Assembly (NCBI GenBank): GCA_016875015.1
Contig: VGSJ01000002.1
Location: forward strand, 12,465 to 76,464
Length of the DNA stretch: 64,000 nucleotides
From: Deltaproteobacteria bacterium
Lineage (GTDB): Bacteria > Desulfobacterota > Desulfobaccia > Desulfobaccales > 0-14-0-80-60-11
Direction: 5' to 3'
In this document: positions 34,789 to 43,785 of the stretch, in pieces
Numbering within the stretch: the stretch's first letter is position 1
Layout: each line of letters starts with the position of its first letter
Notes under the pieces: generated by a model
What the model was told of the DNA's origin: nothing
What the model saw: only the letters and a program-made list of their open reading frames with translations
Database searches by the model: none
Position numbers and translations under genes: made by a program

Positions 34789-35979
34789 TCAGACGATGGT
34801 TATCCCCCGGGGGCTGCGGGTCAGCCATTCCACCCCTGCGGGGGTGATGCGGCCGGTATCCTCCTGGCCGATCATGCCGATCTCCGGCAGGAAGAACTTG
34901 GGTTCAAAAGCCAGCACCATGCCGGTCTCCAGGGGGAAGGGGAACCGGGCGGTGATGAGGGGGTATTCATCCAGTTCCAGCCCCACCCCGTGGGCCAGGA
35001 AACTGACCCGGTCGGTCCCCAGCCCCATGAAGAAGTCCGCCAGGCCCCGGGGCCGGACAGCGTCCCAGAGGAGGTGGAAAATTTCCCCTGGACTGGTTCC
35101 AGGTTTGGCCGCCGAGGTAAAGAGCCGGTAGAGTTCCTCCACCGCGTCCCAGGCCTCCCAGGCCCGGGAGGGCAGGGACCCCAGGGCGTACATCCGGGTC
35201 ATGTCCACCGCGTAGCCGTTGACGCAAGCGGCCAGGTCGATGCTGATGGGTTCGTTAGGGGCCAGTTTTTTCAAGGACGCCCCCTGGGGGAAGGCGGCGC
35301 TGAACCCGGCGCCGCCGCTGGGGGTGTCGGTATAGGCCGCCAGCAATCCCGAGACGCCGGAAAGGACGTGGCCATAGAAGACCTCCAGGTCCCAGTTGCG
35401 CACCCGCACCAACCCCTGGTGGCCCAGGAGACGCAGGCGGTATTCCAGGGCGGCCGACACCTCCAGTTCGGAGATGCCCGGCTTCAGAAGCGCCGGCGCC
35501 TGCTCATGGACCTGGTCCAGGATGGCCGCGGCCCGGTCCAGTTGGGTCAACTCGTAAGCGCTCTTGACCATGCGCTGGATTCGGATGAAAGACGAGAGGT
35601 CGACGATGGGGTGGCCGGGAAAGATCTGCTCCTGTATGCGCCTGAACAAGGCGGCAGGAATGACGTCCAGCTCCAGAGCCACCGCGCCCCGGGGATCCAG
35701 TCCCGCTTGACCCAGGGTTTGGGGGAGTTCTTTCAAATCCCGGTACAGGACCCGGGGCCAGGGGCCCGGAGTCAAGTGGCCCCGGTGGCGGGGTCGGCGC
35801 ACCAACAGCGATGGCTGACCCCCGGGGGTCACCGCCAGGAACCCATCCACCAGAGTCCCGGCATAATAGAACAGGTCGGCGGGTTGGCGGATCAGGGCCA
35901 GGCCGATGCCGGCCGCCGCCAGCGCTTTTTGCAGGGCCTCGACTCGAAAGAAGATCTCGGCGGCCGGGACCGGCTCCAT
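34789..35979 (-). CDS. M24-family Xaa-Pro aminopeptidase/creatinase-like peptidase
   Basis: Creatinase-like N-terminal domain plus a pita-bread C-terminal domain (..HGVGLE.DE.P...). Confidence 0.8.
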   Translation of the reverse strand: MEPVPAAEIFFRVEALQKALAAAGIGLALIRQPADLFYYAGTLVDGFLAVTPGGQPSLLVRRPRHRGHLTPGPWPRVLYRDLKELPQTLGQAGLDPRGAVALELDVIPAALFRRIQEQIFPGHPIVDLSSFIRIQRMVKSAYELTQLDRAAAILDQVHEQAPALLKPGISELEVSAALEYRLRLLGHQGLVRVRNWDLEVFYGHVLSGVSGLLAAYTDTPSGGAGFSAAFPQGASLKKLAPNEPISIDLAACVNGYAVDMTRMYALGSLPSRAWEAWDAVEELYRLFTSAAKPGTSPGEIFHLLWDAVRPRGLADFFMGLGTDRVSFLAHGVGLELDEYPLITARFPFPLETGMVLAFEPKFFLPEIGMIGQEDTGRITPAGVEWLTRSPRGITIV

Positions 35980-37943
35980 CAGGCCTCCTCCTGGTACAGG
36001 AAAATCTCAAGATTTAGAGGCCCCTGGGCGCCCAGCACCAGCACTTTTTCGATGTCCGCGGTCCGGCTGGGGCCGGTGAGCCAGCTCACCAGGCCCGGTC
36101 CCCGGCGCCGGACATATTCCAGGGCCTGGGCCAGGCTCAGGCGGGAACTCTGCCGGGGAAGCAGGACGATCTGTTTCCCGGCCCGAAAGGCCAGGACGGC
36201 CCCGGGCCCGGCGCCGGAATCCACCAGGACGCTCCCGGTTTCCGGAATGGCCCCCAGGCCCACGGTTACCGCGGTGCCGGCCTCAGGGGCCCATTCGGCC
36301 TGGGCTATACCGTGCTTGACTCCCAGCTTCTTGAGCTCCCCGGCCACTTGCCGCAGCCAGGGATGATCCTCCAGCCATAAGGGTGCTGGCGCCGCCGCCA
36401 GCCGCCGGGCCAGATCGGCCGGGCCCTTAACCTCCGTAAGTGAACTGCCGGCTTCCCGAAGCCGTTTCGCCAACCGTGAGTAGGGAGAGTCGTGGTCCAG
36501 GTCTTCTTTCCCTGCCAACTGCCCGGCATCACCTCCGTCAGGCGCGGGGCGCCGGGGCGCCTGGCAAGGCGGCGGCAGGGACCTTCCCTGATCCTCGCCA
36601 CCCATGAGGGTTGCCCGCCCGAGGCCACGCAGCCGCCGATGGAAGCTCTCCGGGGATAGGGCCGAAAGGCCTGGAAGGCCCCAACCCTGGCGGGCGGCGA
36701 GCCAGGCCAGCCCCCGCGCGGCCGGCTCCAGGCGCCGGTACCCGCGGGGATGACTGAGCACCATCCCGGCCGCGGCGGTCAAGCCCCGGAGCTGCCGAAA
36801 GCGGCGGCTGCCCCGGCGCAGCCGGCGGATGTTATCCGCCAGCCGGATGCCCACCGGGCAAATTTCCTGGCAGGCCCCGCATTGGGTGCAGAGATCGCAG
36901 ATATCCCCCACCGGGGCCAGGCACGGGGCCAGCAGGATGCCGATGGCCCCGGGATAGACCCGGCCGTACAGGTGGGCGGCGCCCACCTGAAAAATCGGGC
37001 AGACATTGAGGCAGGCCCCGCAGCGGAGGCAGTACAGGGCCTCGGCCAACTCCGGGTCCGCAGCCAGGCGGCGCCGGCCATTGTCCAGGATCACCAGGTA
37101 AAAGATTTGGTTCCCCTGGGGCTGGACCTTGAGCCCCTGGATAAAGTGGACCAGGGCCGTGAGGCGCTGGCCGGTGGCGCTGGCGGGCAACAGCCGCAGC
37201 ATGGGCTCCACGTCGGCCAGCCGGGGAATGACTTTTTCCAGGCCCATCAAGGCCAGGTGAACTTTGGGGAGAGTCGCGGTGAAGCGCAGGTTGCTTTCAT
37301 TTTCCAGGAGGACCAGGGCGCCCTCCGGGGTCGCGAAGTTGACCCCGGTGATGCCCATCTGGGCCTTGAAGAAATGCGGCTTGAGATAGGCTGTCGCCTG
37401 CCGGGCCAGGGCCTCGGGCTCCGCCGGGGACCTTCGTCCCAGGTGGGCCGCAAATAGGTCGGCGATCTGGTGACGATTCAGGTGGAGGGCCGGGGCGGTG
37501 AGATGCGCCGGGGGGTGGCCGGCCAGTTGGACAATGAACTCCCCCAGGTCCGTCTCCATGACCTGGAGGCCCGCCGCGGCCAGGGCCGGATTGAGGCCGA
37601 TTTCCTCAGTGGTCATGGACTTGGATTTGACCACCGTCTCGACCCCGTGTTCCCGGGCCACGTTGAGGATAAGCTGGCGGGCCTGGGCGGCGTCCCGGGC
37701 CCGAAGCACCCGGCCACCCCAGGCGGTCACGGCCTGCTCCAGTTCTCCCAGGAGTTCATCCAGCCGGGCCACGGCCTCGGTTTTGCTGGCCCGGGCCTGA
37801 CCGCGCCAGGCTTCCCAGAGGGGGTAGTCGGAAAGCAGCAGGTCCCGGGCGGCCAGGGCGCGGTGCGCCGCGGGCCGGATCGCTGGGGACCTGCCTAAGG
37901 AGACTGCGGCACGGTGGGGTTCAGGGTGAGTAGTAATGTCCAA
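35979..37943 (-). CDS. LUD-domain / 4Fe-4S protein (LutB-LutC-like fusion)
   Basis: CLRCGACLNVCP and CTQCGACQEICP ferredoxin motifs flanked by LUD (DUF162)-like segments. 654 aa. Confidence 0.75.
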   Translation of the reverse strand: MDITTHPEPHRAAVSLGRSPAIRPAAHRALAARDLLLSDYPLWEAWRGQARASKTEAVARLDELLGELEQAVTAWGGRVLRARDAAQARQLILNVAREHGVETVVKSKSMTTEEIGLNPALAAAGLQVMETDLGEFIVQLAGHPPAHLTAPALHLNRHQIADLFAAHLGRRSPAEPEALARQATAYLKPHFFKAQMGITGVNFATPEGALVLLENESNLRFTATLPKVHLALMGLEKVIPRLADVEPMLRLLPASATGQRLTALVHFIQGLKVQPQGNQIFYLVILDNGRRRLAADPELAEALYCLRCGACLNVCPIFQVGAAHLYGRVYPGAIGILLAPCLAPVGDICDLCTQCGACQEICPVGIRLADNIRRLRRGSRRFRQLRGLTAAAGMVLSHPRGYRRLEPAARGLAWLAARQGWGLPGLSALSPESFHRRLRGLGRATLMGGEDQGRSLPPPCQAPRRPAPDGGDAGQLAGKEDLDHDSPYSRLAKRLREAGSSLTEVKGPADLARRLAAAPAPLWLEDHPWLRQVAGELKKLGVKHGIAQAEWAPEAGTAVTVGLGAIPETGSVLVDSGAGPGAVLAFRAGKQIVLLPRQSSRLSLAQALEYVRRRGPGLVSWLTGPSRTADIEKVLVLGAQGPLNLEIFLYQEEA

Positions 37944-37966
37944 CGCCTTGGGAAGGTAAGCCGGGG

Positions 37967-38698
37967 CTACTTATTACCGGTGACGCTTTTTTCAAGGGCT
38001 GCCATCCATTCCGGAAAATGCAAGTCTTCGGGGGATTCGGTGGCAATGCGGAGAAATTCGTTGACCTGTTCCTCCAGCCAGGGATGTTTCTCCAGATCAT
38101 CCAGGGTTTTTCCCATCACCTCTTTAAAATCGGCGGGCAGGCTTCCATCAGCGGCCAGGCGGCTCTTCATGAACCCTACCATCAGCGAAAGAGAGATCAG
38201 CTTCTTTTCCACTCCCAATTGGCGCAAGGCATACTTGATATCGTCCCGCACCCGATCGTTGGCAATCTCACTGAGAAAGTGGAAGGGGTTGACGCCGCTG
38301 AACAGAGACCCCATAGAGTAGCGGAGATAGTAAAACCGTTTGCCGGTCTGCCACACTTCCCGCAGGATATCCGGCTTTTTGGGCTCCTGGGTGAGGCCGG
38401 CCAGGGCGTCCCGATAGGGCCTTTCCAAGCGGCCCAGGATTAAATGGTAGAGAAAAAATAAATTCACCAGGAACATGCCGAAGACGCTGAGGTTGCGCAA
38501 AGACGGCTCGACGGTGCTGGCCCAGATGAACGTAAAATAAGCAAAAATTATGACAATCATAATGGCGCGCACCAAGCGGATGCCGGACGCCATCAGGCGC
38601 GGCTCTCGGCGCTGTTTGAAAAAACAGACCAGCAGTAAAGCCAGAATGACTATTTCCACGTAGGCGCTGCTCAAGAAGCCAATCACAGATTGGAACAT
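37967..38698 (-). CDS. Hypothetical membrane protein
   Basis: Three predicted N-terminal TM helices followed by an acidic soluble domain. No family recognised. GC somewhat lower than the neighbouring genes. Confidence 0.55.
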   Translation of the reverse strand: MFQSVIGFLSSAYVEIVILALLLVCFFKQRREPRLMASGIRLVRAIMIVIIFAYFTFIWASTVEPSLRNLSVFGMFLVNLFFLYHLILGRLERPYRDALAGLTQEPKKPDILREVWQTGKRFYYLRYSMGSLFSGVNPFHFLSEIANDRVRDDIKYALRQLGVEKKLISLSLMVGFMKSRLAADGSLPADFKEVMGKTLDDLEKHPWLEEQVNEFLRIATESPEDLHFPEWMAALEKSVTGNK

Positions 38699-38938
38699 TT
38701 TATCTCCTCTCGATGGCCAGTGCCGGTAAGAAAACTATTCGGATATATTGGCAAACACGTCTTAGAACCCTCAAGTGCCGGCAGTTACTCTATATCCGGT
38801 GTTTATTTTATCACATTTTACCCGCTGAATCCGAGACAAATTTCCCCCCGCGACCTGACGCCGGCCCGCCCGCCGGAAAAGAGCGCCTCAGGCCGCTATT
38901 GCCCGGGTCCCGGGCCCGTTTCGGGGAGCCGGCTCATC

Positions 38939-40819
38939 TCAAGGCTGGACAAAAATCTGGATTTTGGCGCGCCGGCGCTCCCCGTCCAACCAGGAGGCGA
39001 AGAGGATCTGCTGCTTCTGGTTGAGAAACTGGGCTCGCATCTGGCCTTGCTCTTTTTGAAATTCCTGGGGACCAGGCTCCCGCCGGGCCTTAAAGGCCAG
39101 CAGGTAATACTGGTTCTGCCACCACAGGGGCTTCTCGGGATAGGGGTGCTGCCGGGAAAGTTGAAACGCGGCGCCGGTCAGGGAATCGGCCTGTTGCTGC
39201 CCCAGAAAACCCTGGAACCGGGTAAAAAAGCCGCTGTCCTTGACGGCCAAGCCGGCGGCCGCCGCCACCTGGGCCCAGGGCTTCCCTTGCCGGAGTTCCC
39301 CCAGCAGCCGGGAGGCTTCCTGTTCCGCCTGCTTCCGGGCCAGACTTTTCTTCAACGCCGCCTTTACCTGGTCCTTGATCTGGGCCAGAGGAGGCAGGTG
39401 CGCCGCCTGATGTTCCAGGCCCTTAAGGACGGCAAACCCTTCGGGCAGTTCCACCACCTTGCTGATCTCCTGGGGCTTGAGGTTCAGGGCGGCCTGGTTG
39501 AAGGCGGGTTGCAGCCCCAACCCCGGGACGGTCCCTGACAGGGCGATGAGTGGGGTTTCCTGGGGGGTTACCCCCACTTTCTGCGCCACCTGGGCCAGGG
39601 CGCCCCGGGACAGCTCTTCCCGGGCCTGCTGGGCCGCGTCTTTGGCCAGTTGCCGGGCTTTTTCCTCCTTGAGGCGCGACTCCACCAGCTTGGCGGCGTC
39701 GGGGAGGCGCTCTGTTTCCTTGGTTTCCTCCAGCCTGATCAGGTAAATCCCCTTGCTGGTGGCGGCCAAACCCATGGTCCCCGGTTTGAGGCCAAACGCG
39801 ACCTTATCCCATTCCGGGGGATTCTGGCCCCGGGGAACGAGGCCCAGGTCCCCGCCCTTATCCCGGCTGGCGGCGTCCTGGGAGTGAGCCCGGGCCAGAC
39901 CGGCGAAATCCTCCCCCGCCCTGGCCTTGCCCAGCAATTCCTGGGCCTTTTGGGCCGCCTGCCGGTGGTCGGCTTCCGTGGCCTTGGGGGGCAGGGTGAT
40001 CAGGATCTGTTGCGCCCGAATCACCCGGGGCCGGGTGAACTCGTCCTGGTGCTCCTTGAGGTAATCTTCCACGGCCGTCGGGGTGAGAGTGTCCCGGTTG
40101 AGGTAATCCTTGGTCCGGAAGACCAGGTAGTTCACCCGGGCCCGGTCCGGCAGGCGAAATTCCGCCTCGTTCTCCTGGTAATAGCGGGCCACCGCATCGT
40201 CCGGGGGGTTTTCCCGAGCCAGGAACTTTTCCGGGGACACCGCCAGGTAGTCGACGTTTACCTCCTCCTTGGCCATCCGGAAGAACTCCTGGAGTTCTGC
40301 GTCCGAGACCTTGGCAAATGAGGTCACTTCCTCAATGACCTTGCGCAGGAGGAGCTGTTGGCGTTCCTGGGCCTCGAAACTCTGGGGGCTCAGGTGGTGC
40401 CGGGATAGCAGCCCGTCATACCGCTTTTTGTCGAACTTGCCGTCTTGCTGGAAGAAGGGGTAGCTCTCAATCCGGCGCCGCAACTCGGCATCGGTTACCT
40501 CCAGACCCAGGCGGCGCCCGGCCTGGAGGAGCAGGGCCTCTTCAACGAGTTGGCTCAGGGCCATCTCCTTGAGCCGCAGGGACTTGATCATCTCGGGCGT
40601 CACCTCGCCCCCGGTCCGTTCCTGGTAGCGCTTCACCAACTCGTTGTATTGCCTGTTGAATTCGGTCATAGGGATGATGGCGCCGTTGACTTCGGCCGCC
40701 TCCTGGTCCCGCGACGCTTTATAAGAGCCCACGCCGAAGAAAATGAACACCAGCACGATGGCCCCGATGGCCAGGTAAATGAACCAGGATCGCGTCGATC
40801 TGCGCAGCCACTTTAACAT
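38939..40819 (-). CDS. ppiD: Periplasmic chaperone PpiD-like (SurA N-domain plus parvulin-like domain)
   Basis: N-terminal anchor WFIYLAIGAIVLVFIFFGVG, then long SurA_N-like helices and a rotamase-like segment. Confidence 0.8.
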   Translation of the reverse strand: MLKWLRRSTRSWFIYLAIGAIVLVFIFFGVGSYKASRDQEAAEVNGAIIPMTEFNRQYNELVKRYQERTGGEVTPEMIKSLRLKEMALSQLVEEALLLQAGRRLGLEVTDAELRRRIESYPFFQQDGKFDKKRYDGLLSRHHLSPQSFEAQERQQLLLRKVIEEVTSFAKVSDAELQEFFRMAKEEVNVDYLAVSPEKFLARENPPDDAVARYYQENEAEFRLPDRARVNYLVFRTKDYLNRDTLTPTAVEDYLKEHQDEFTRPRVIRAQQILITLPPKATEADHRQAAQKAQELLGKARAGEDFAGLARAHSQDAASRDKGGDLGLVPRGQNPPEWDKVAFGLKPGTMGLAATSKGIYLIRLEETKETERLPDAAKLVESRLKEEKARQLAKDAAQQAREELSRGALAQVAQKVGVTPQETPLIALSGTVPGLGLQPAFNQAALNLKPQEISKVVELPEGFAVLKGLEHQAAHLPPLAQIKDQVKAALKKSLARKQAEQEASRLLGELRQGKPWAQVAAAAGLAVKDSGFFTRFQGFLGQQQADSLTGAAFQLSRQHPYPEKPLWWQNQYYLLAFKARREPGPQEFQKEQGQMRAQFLNQKQQILFASWLDGERRRAKIQIFVQP

Positions 40820-40895
40820 GAGTTTGGGTTACCTCGACTTTTCTGTCGCCAGCCGGCCCGTCTCCCCCGAGGATGCTCCGCCGGGGCAGGGGCAG

Positions 40896-41603
40896 TTACC
40901 GGGTGGCGTCCTTAGGGCTTTCCTTCAACACTTTCTGGGCTTCCTTGGCTTCGGGGCTGTTGGGGTAGGCCTTCACCAATTTTTGTAACGTGTTCCGGTA
41001 GGCGCTCATTTGCTGCTGGTTTTTATAGCACAGGGCCTGGCGCAGGAGGCCGGCGGGGGCCAGGATGCTCTTGGGAAACTGGAGCCGGAGCTTGTTGAAC
41101 TCCACCCCGGCTTCCTGGTACTTGCCCTCCTGGTAGAAGCTGTCCGCCAGGTAGTAGCGGGCTTCCGGGGCCTTGAGGCCCAGGGGCTGATTCTTCAGGT
41201 ACTGGTGCAGCTGTTGCCGGGCCTCGCCGTATTTCTTGGCGTGATAGAGACGCATGCCCTCGGTATAATGTTTCTCTGCCGCGGCGCTTAAGACCGCAGG
41301 CTTGGGGGAACCGGGGGTGGAGGGGGCCGGGACGGCACGCTCCTTGGCAGGCGCCGGGGCTCCCTTGCGGCCTTCCAGGTCAGCCACGCGGCTCTCCAAT
41401 TGCTGCACCCGGGCCTCCAGGTTTTGCTCCTGCTGGGCCAGGTCCGGGGCGGGAGCCGGGGCCGGGGCCGCCGCCGAACCGGGTGCGGTCTCGGCCGGAG
41501 GAGGCGGCATGGACGAGCGCATGCTGGGGAAGTTGGCACAGGCCGCAAGGAGCAGCAGGAGAGCTGCCGCCACCAGATACCGAATCACGCGTGCTTGCCT
41601 CAT
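40896..41603 (-). CDS. ybgF: Tol-Pal system protein YbgF/CpoB
   Basis: Lipoprotein-type signal (LLLAAC), a coiled-coil (QQEQNLEARVQQLESRVADLE), and a C-terminal TPR region (YY.G..Y.EA...F......P.S..A). Confidence 0.8.
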   Translation of the reverse strand: MRQARVIRYLVAAALLLLLAACANFPSMRSSMPPPPAETAPGSAAAPAPAPAPDLAQQEQNLEARVQQLESRVADLEGRKGAPAPAKERAVPAPSTPGSPKPAVLSAAAEKHYTEGMRLYHAKKYGEARQQLHQYLKNQPLGLKAPEARYYLADSFYQEGKYQEAGVEFNKLRLQFPKSILAPAGLLRQALCYKNQQQMSAYRNTLQKLVKAYPNSPEAKEAQKVLKESPKDATR

Positions 41604-41729
41604 GTCGTGGCCTCCTGGATAGCTGGGGGTAACCGCGCCGACCAGCCCCCTGACGGTTTTTAACTAAATGTTTCATATTATTATCTTGCAGCTCTCCTGT
41701 CAAGAAACCCCTGCTCCGGCGAAGCCCGG

Positions 41730-42191
41730 ATTTATCACGCCGGCCTGTGGGGGCTGCGGGAGGGCAAGTATCAAGCCTTGGCTGAAATGGAGATGGGGGG
41801 CGCCTCCTGGAGGCCCTCGCCCTGGAAAAGCTCATCACCTCCTTCGCTGTGCCCGGTTCTAACCTGGTGGAGAAGGTGCGTTATGTAATCCCCCCGGCCC
41901 CCCTTTAGAAAAGGGGGGAGAAAGAGGGCGGGTTTATATCAATGACCTACAGTATTTTGAAGGCGTGCCCCGGAAGTCCGGGCCTTTCAGGTGGGGGGCT
42001 ATCAGGTGCTCCACAAATGGCTGAAAGACCGCAAAGGCCGCACCCTCGCCTTTGCCGACCTGCACCATTAACAGAAGGTGGTGGGGGCCCTGGCCGACAC
42101 CATCCGCCTCATGGCCGAGATCGACGCCGCCATTGACGCCCACGGCGGCTGGCCGGATGCGTTTGCTGACGGCGCTCCAGGCCACAACTGA
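41730..42191 (+). pseudogene. Decayed C-terminal remnant of a type ISP / type IIG-like restriction-modification enzyme
   Basis: Three frames must be joined: ..GGRLLEALALEKLITSFAVPGSNLVEKVRY / (about 40-nt repeat insertion) / VYINDLQYFEGVP / (1-nt loss in a C run) / EVRAFQVGGYQVLHKWLKDRKGRTLAFADLHH*QKVVGALADTIRLMAEIDAAIDAHGGWP. In-frame TAA at 42069. Confidence 0.6.
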
Positions 42192-42696
42192 CGGCGGGGC
42201 TTAGGCTCAAGTCCACAAGCAGCAGCACGCCAGGCAATGAAACCATGTCGGTCATCATGGACATAGATTTTGGATTACTTGGCGTTTTTCGGGCAGCCGG
42301 AGCGCGAGCTTGAAAAAGTTCTGGCGTGGGCCGCGCGGCCTGTGCTGCTAATCTCCAGTTTCTTGTTTTTTTGACAAGATTTTTCCTTAAACCCATTTAA
42401 CTTAGCTAAGGATTTAGTTCATTTTGTTGTTTGGTTGCGGCCTTTGGCCGCGCCGGGTTTCTCTATCAGAATAAACCGTTATGCCGAGTGGCTTGACGGC
42501 CAAAGCGCAGATGTTAGTCAAAACGTTAACAATTGCCTAAAAAATGGGCCGCGGATTTAAGCTATCTGACTATTTTTGTTAGCTATTATGGTATGGCATG
42601 AAACTGGATGAAACTGTACTACACGCACATGCTCTCCGGCGTTCACACCGGATACGGCCTTCGTGGCTTAATTACTCGCGGCCCCGTGACTTTCCG

Positions 42697-42858
42697 TTAA
42701 TGGCAGCACTTGTGTTCGTGCTGATGGTGCCCGTCTTCGTGGGTGTGCTCGTGGACGTGCGCGCCGGCCTCATGCTGGTGGTCGTGCCCGTCATGGCTGT
42801 GGGTAAATGCTTCGTGGCTATGCTCGTGCTCATGCTTGTCTTTGTTGTGGCAGCACAT
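42697..42858 (-). CDS. 53-aa His/Cys-rich microprotein (Hpn-like candidate metal-binding protein)
   Basis: Hand translation gives MCCHNKDKHEHEHSHEAFTHSHDGHDHQHEAGAHVHEHTHEDGHHQHEHKCCH*. 19 His, 4 Cys. GGAGG 10 nt upstream of the ATG. It has its own promoter. Not in the ORF track (under 60 aa). Confidence 0.65.
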   Translation of the reverse strand: MCCHNKDKHEHEHSHEAFTHSHDGHDHQHEAGAHVHEHTHEDGHHQHEHKCCH

Positions 42859-42896
42859 CTGGAATTCACCTCCTTTTCCCTATACTTTTTCAAATA

Positions 42897-42925
42897 AATA
42901 TAAACATTAGTCCGGTTGCAGTCAA
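42897..42925 (-). promoter_or_regulatory. Near-consensus sigma70-type promoter of the His-rich ORF
   Basis: Minus strand: TTGACT (42925-42920), 17 nt, TATATT (42902-42897). An imperfect palindrome TATATTTATTTGAAAAAGTATA starts in the -10 hexamer. Confidence 0.6.
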
Positions 42926-43032
42926 GGGAGCTCCGCCTCGACCGGCGACGAGAACCAGTCCGCCCCCGGCTTTAATCTGGGATAACGTTCCATGCCCCTG
43001 CCCCTCAGCCCATGGGCCCGGGTGGCCCGGGG

Positions 43033-43785
43033 TCAAACCGGGTGGCACACGGGGCAGCCCTGCAGCCGGAGGGGTTTCTCCAGGTTGCAGGAGGCCAAAA
43101 GTTCCTCGTCCTGCATGATCATTCGGGTGGGGCCGTCCGCGGCGATGCGCCCCTCCTTGAGCACCAGGGTGCGGGGGCAGAGATCCAGGACCAGGTCCAG
43201 GTCGTGGGTGGCGATAATCAGGGAATGCTCAAAAGTCTTCAAGAGATCGATAAGCTGCCGGCGGGTCTTGGGGTCGAGATTGGAGCTCGGCTCATCCATG
43301 ACCAGGATGGCCGGGGCCAGCGACAGGACTGCGGCGATGGCCACGGCGCGCTTTTCCCCGCCGGACAGATGGTAAGGCGGGCGGTCCTTCAGGTGAACCG
43401 CGCCCACCGCGGCCAGGGCCTGCATCACCTGCCGGTCCACCTCCTCCGGGGTCAGGCCCAGATTTAAGGGACCGAAGGCCACGTCATCATAAACCATCGG
43501 CATAAACAGCTGGTCGTCAGGGTCCTGAAAGATCAGGCCCACGGTGCGCCGCACGTGCTTCAGGGTTTTCTTGGTCACGGGCATTTCACCGATGCGCACC
43601 CGCCCGGCTTCCGGCAGCAGGCAACCATTGAACTGGAGGAGCAGGGTGGACTTGCCGGCGCCGTTGGCGCCCACCAGGGCCACCTTCTCTCCATGGGTAA
43701 TCCTGAATGAGATCCCCTTCAAAACCTGGTTGCCGTCCGGGTAGCTATAGTAGAGGTCGTCGATGTCAATGATATGATGGCTCAT
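43033..43785 (-). CDS. cbiO: ECF transporter ATPase (CbiO-type)
   Basis: GANGAGKSTLL Walker A, LSGGEKRAVAIA signature, ILVMDEP Walker B. Start moved to MSHHIIDID with an ATGA overlap on the cbiQ stop. Confidence 0.85.
   Translation of the reverse strand: MSHHIIDIDDLYYSYPDGNQVLKGISFRITHGEKVALVGANGAGKSTLLLQFNGCLLPEAGRVRIGEMPVTKKTLKHVRRTVGLIFQDPDDQLFMPMVYDDVAFGPLNLGLTPEEVDRQVMQALAAVGAVHLKDRPPYHLSGGEKRAVAIAAVLSLAPAILVMDEPSSNLDPKTRRQLIDLLKTFEHSLIIATHDLDLVLDLCPRTLVLKEGRIAADGPTRMIMQDEELLASCNLEKPLRLQGCPVCHPV

Noticed and set aside
34990-36366. 458-aa plus-strand ORF
   Set aside because: It is antisense to the M24 peptidase and LUD/Fe-S genes, with low-complexity R/G/P-rich translation and no recognisable motifs.
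41966-41982. GAAGTCCGGGC resembling the conserved RNase P RNA motif
   Set aside because: It is an isolated short match inside the RM-remnant coding sequence. None of the other RNase P conserved regions are nearby.
42672-42893. 73-aa minus-strand T/S-rich ORF overlapping the His-rich ORF
   Set aside because: It is the +1 frame of the same codon run. Its TTG start sits at or inside the predicted -10/TSS region and has no SD. I keep it as the alternative hypothesis to be excluded by conservation analysis.
42598-42897. 99-aa plus-strand ORF rich in V/M/L that looks like a membrane protein
   Set aside because: It is the antisense image of the His-codon run (CAC/CAT read as GTG/ATG). It has no SD or promoter. 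The opposite-strand 53-aa ORF has both.
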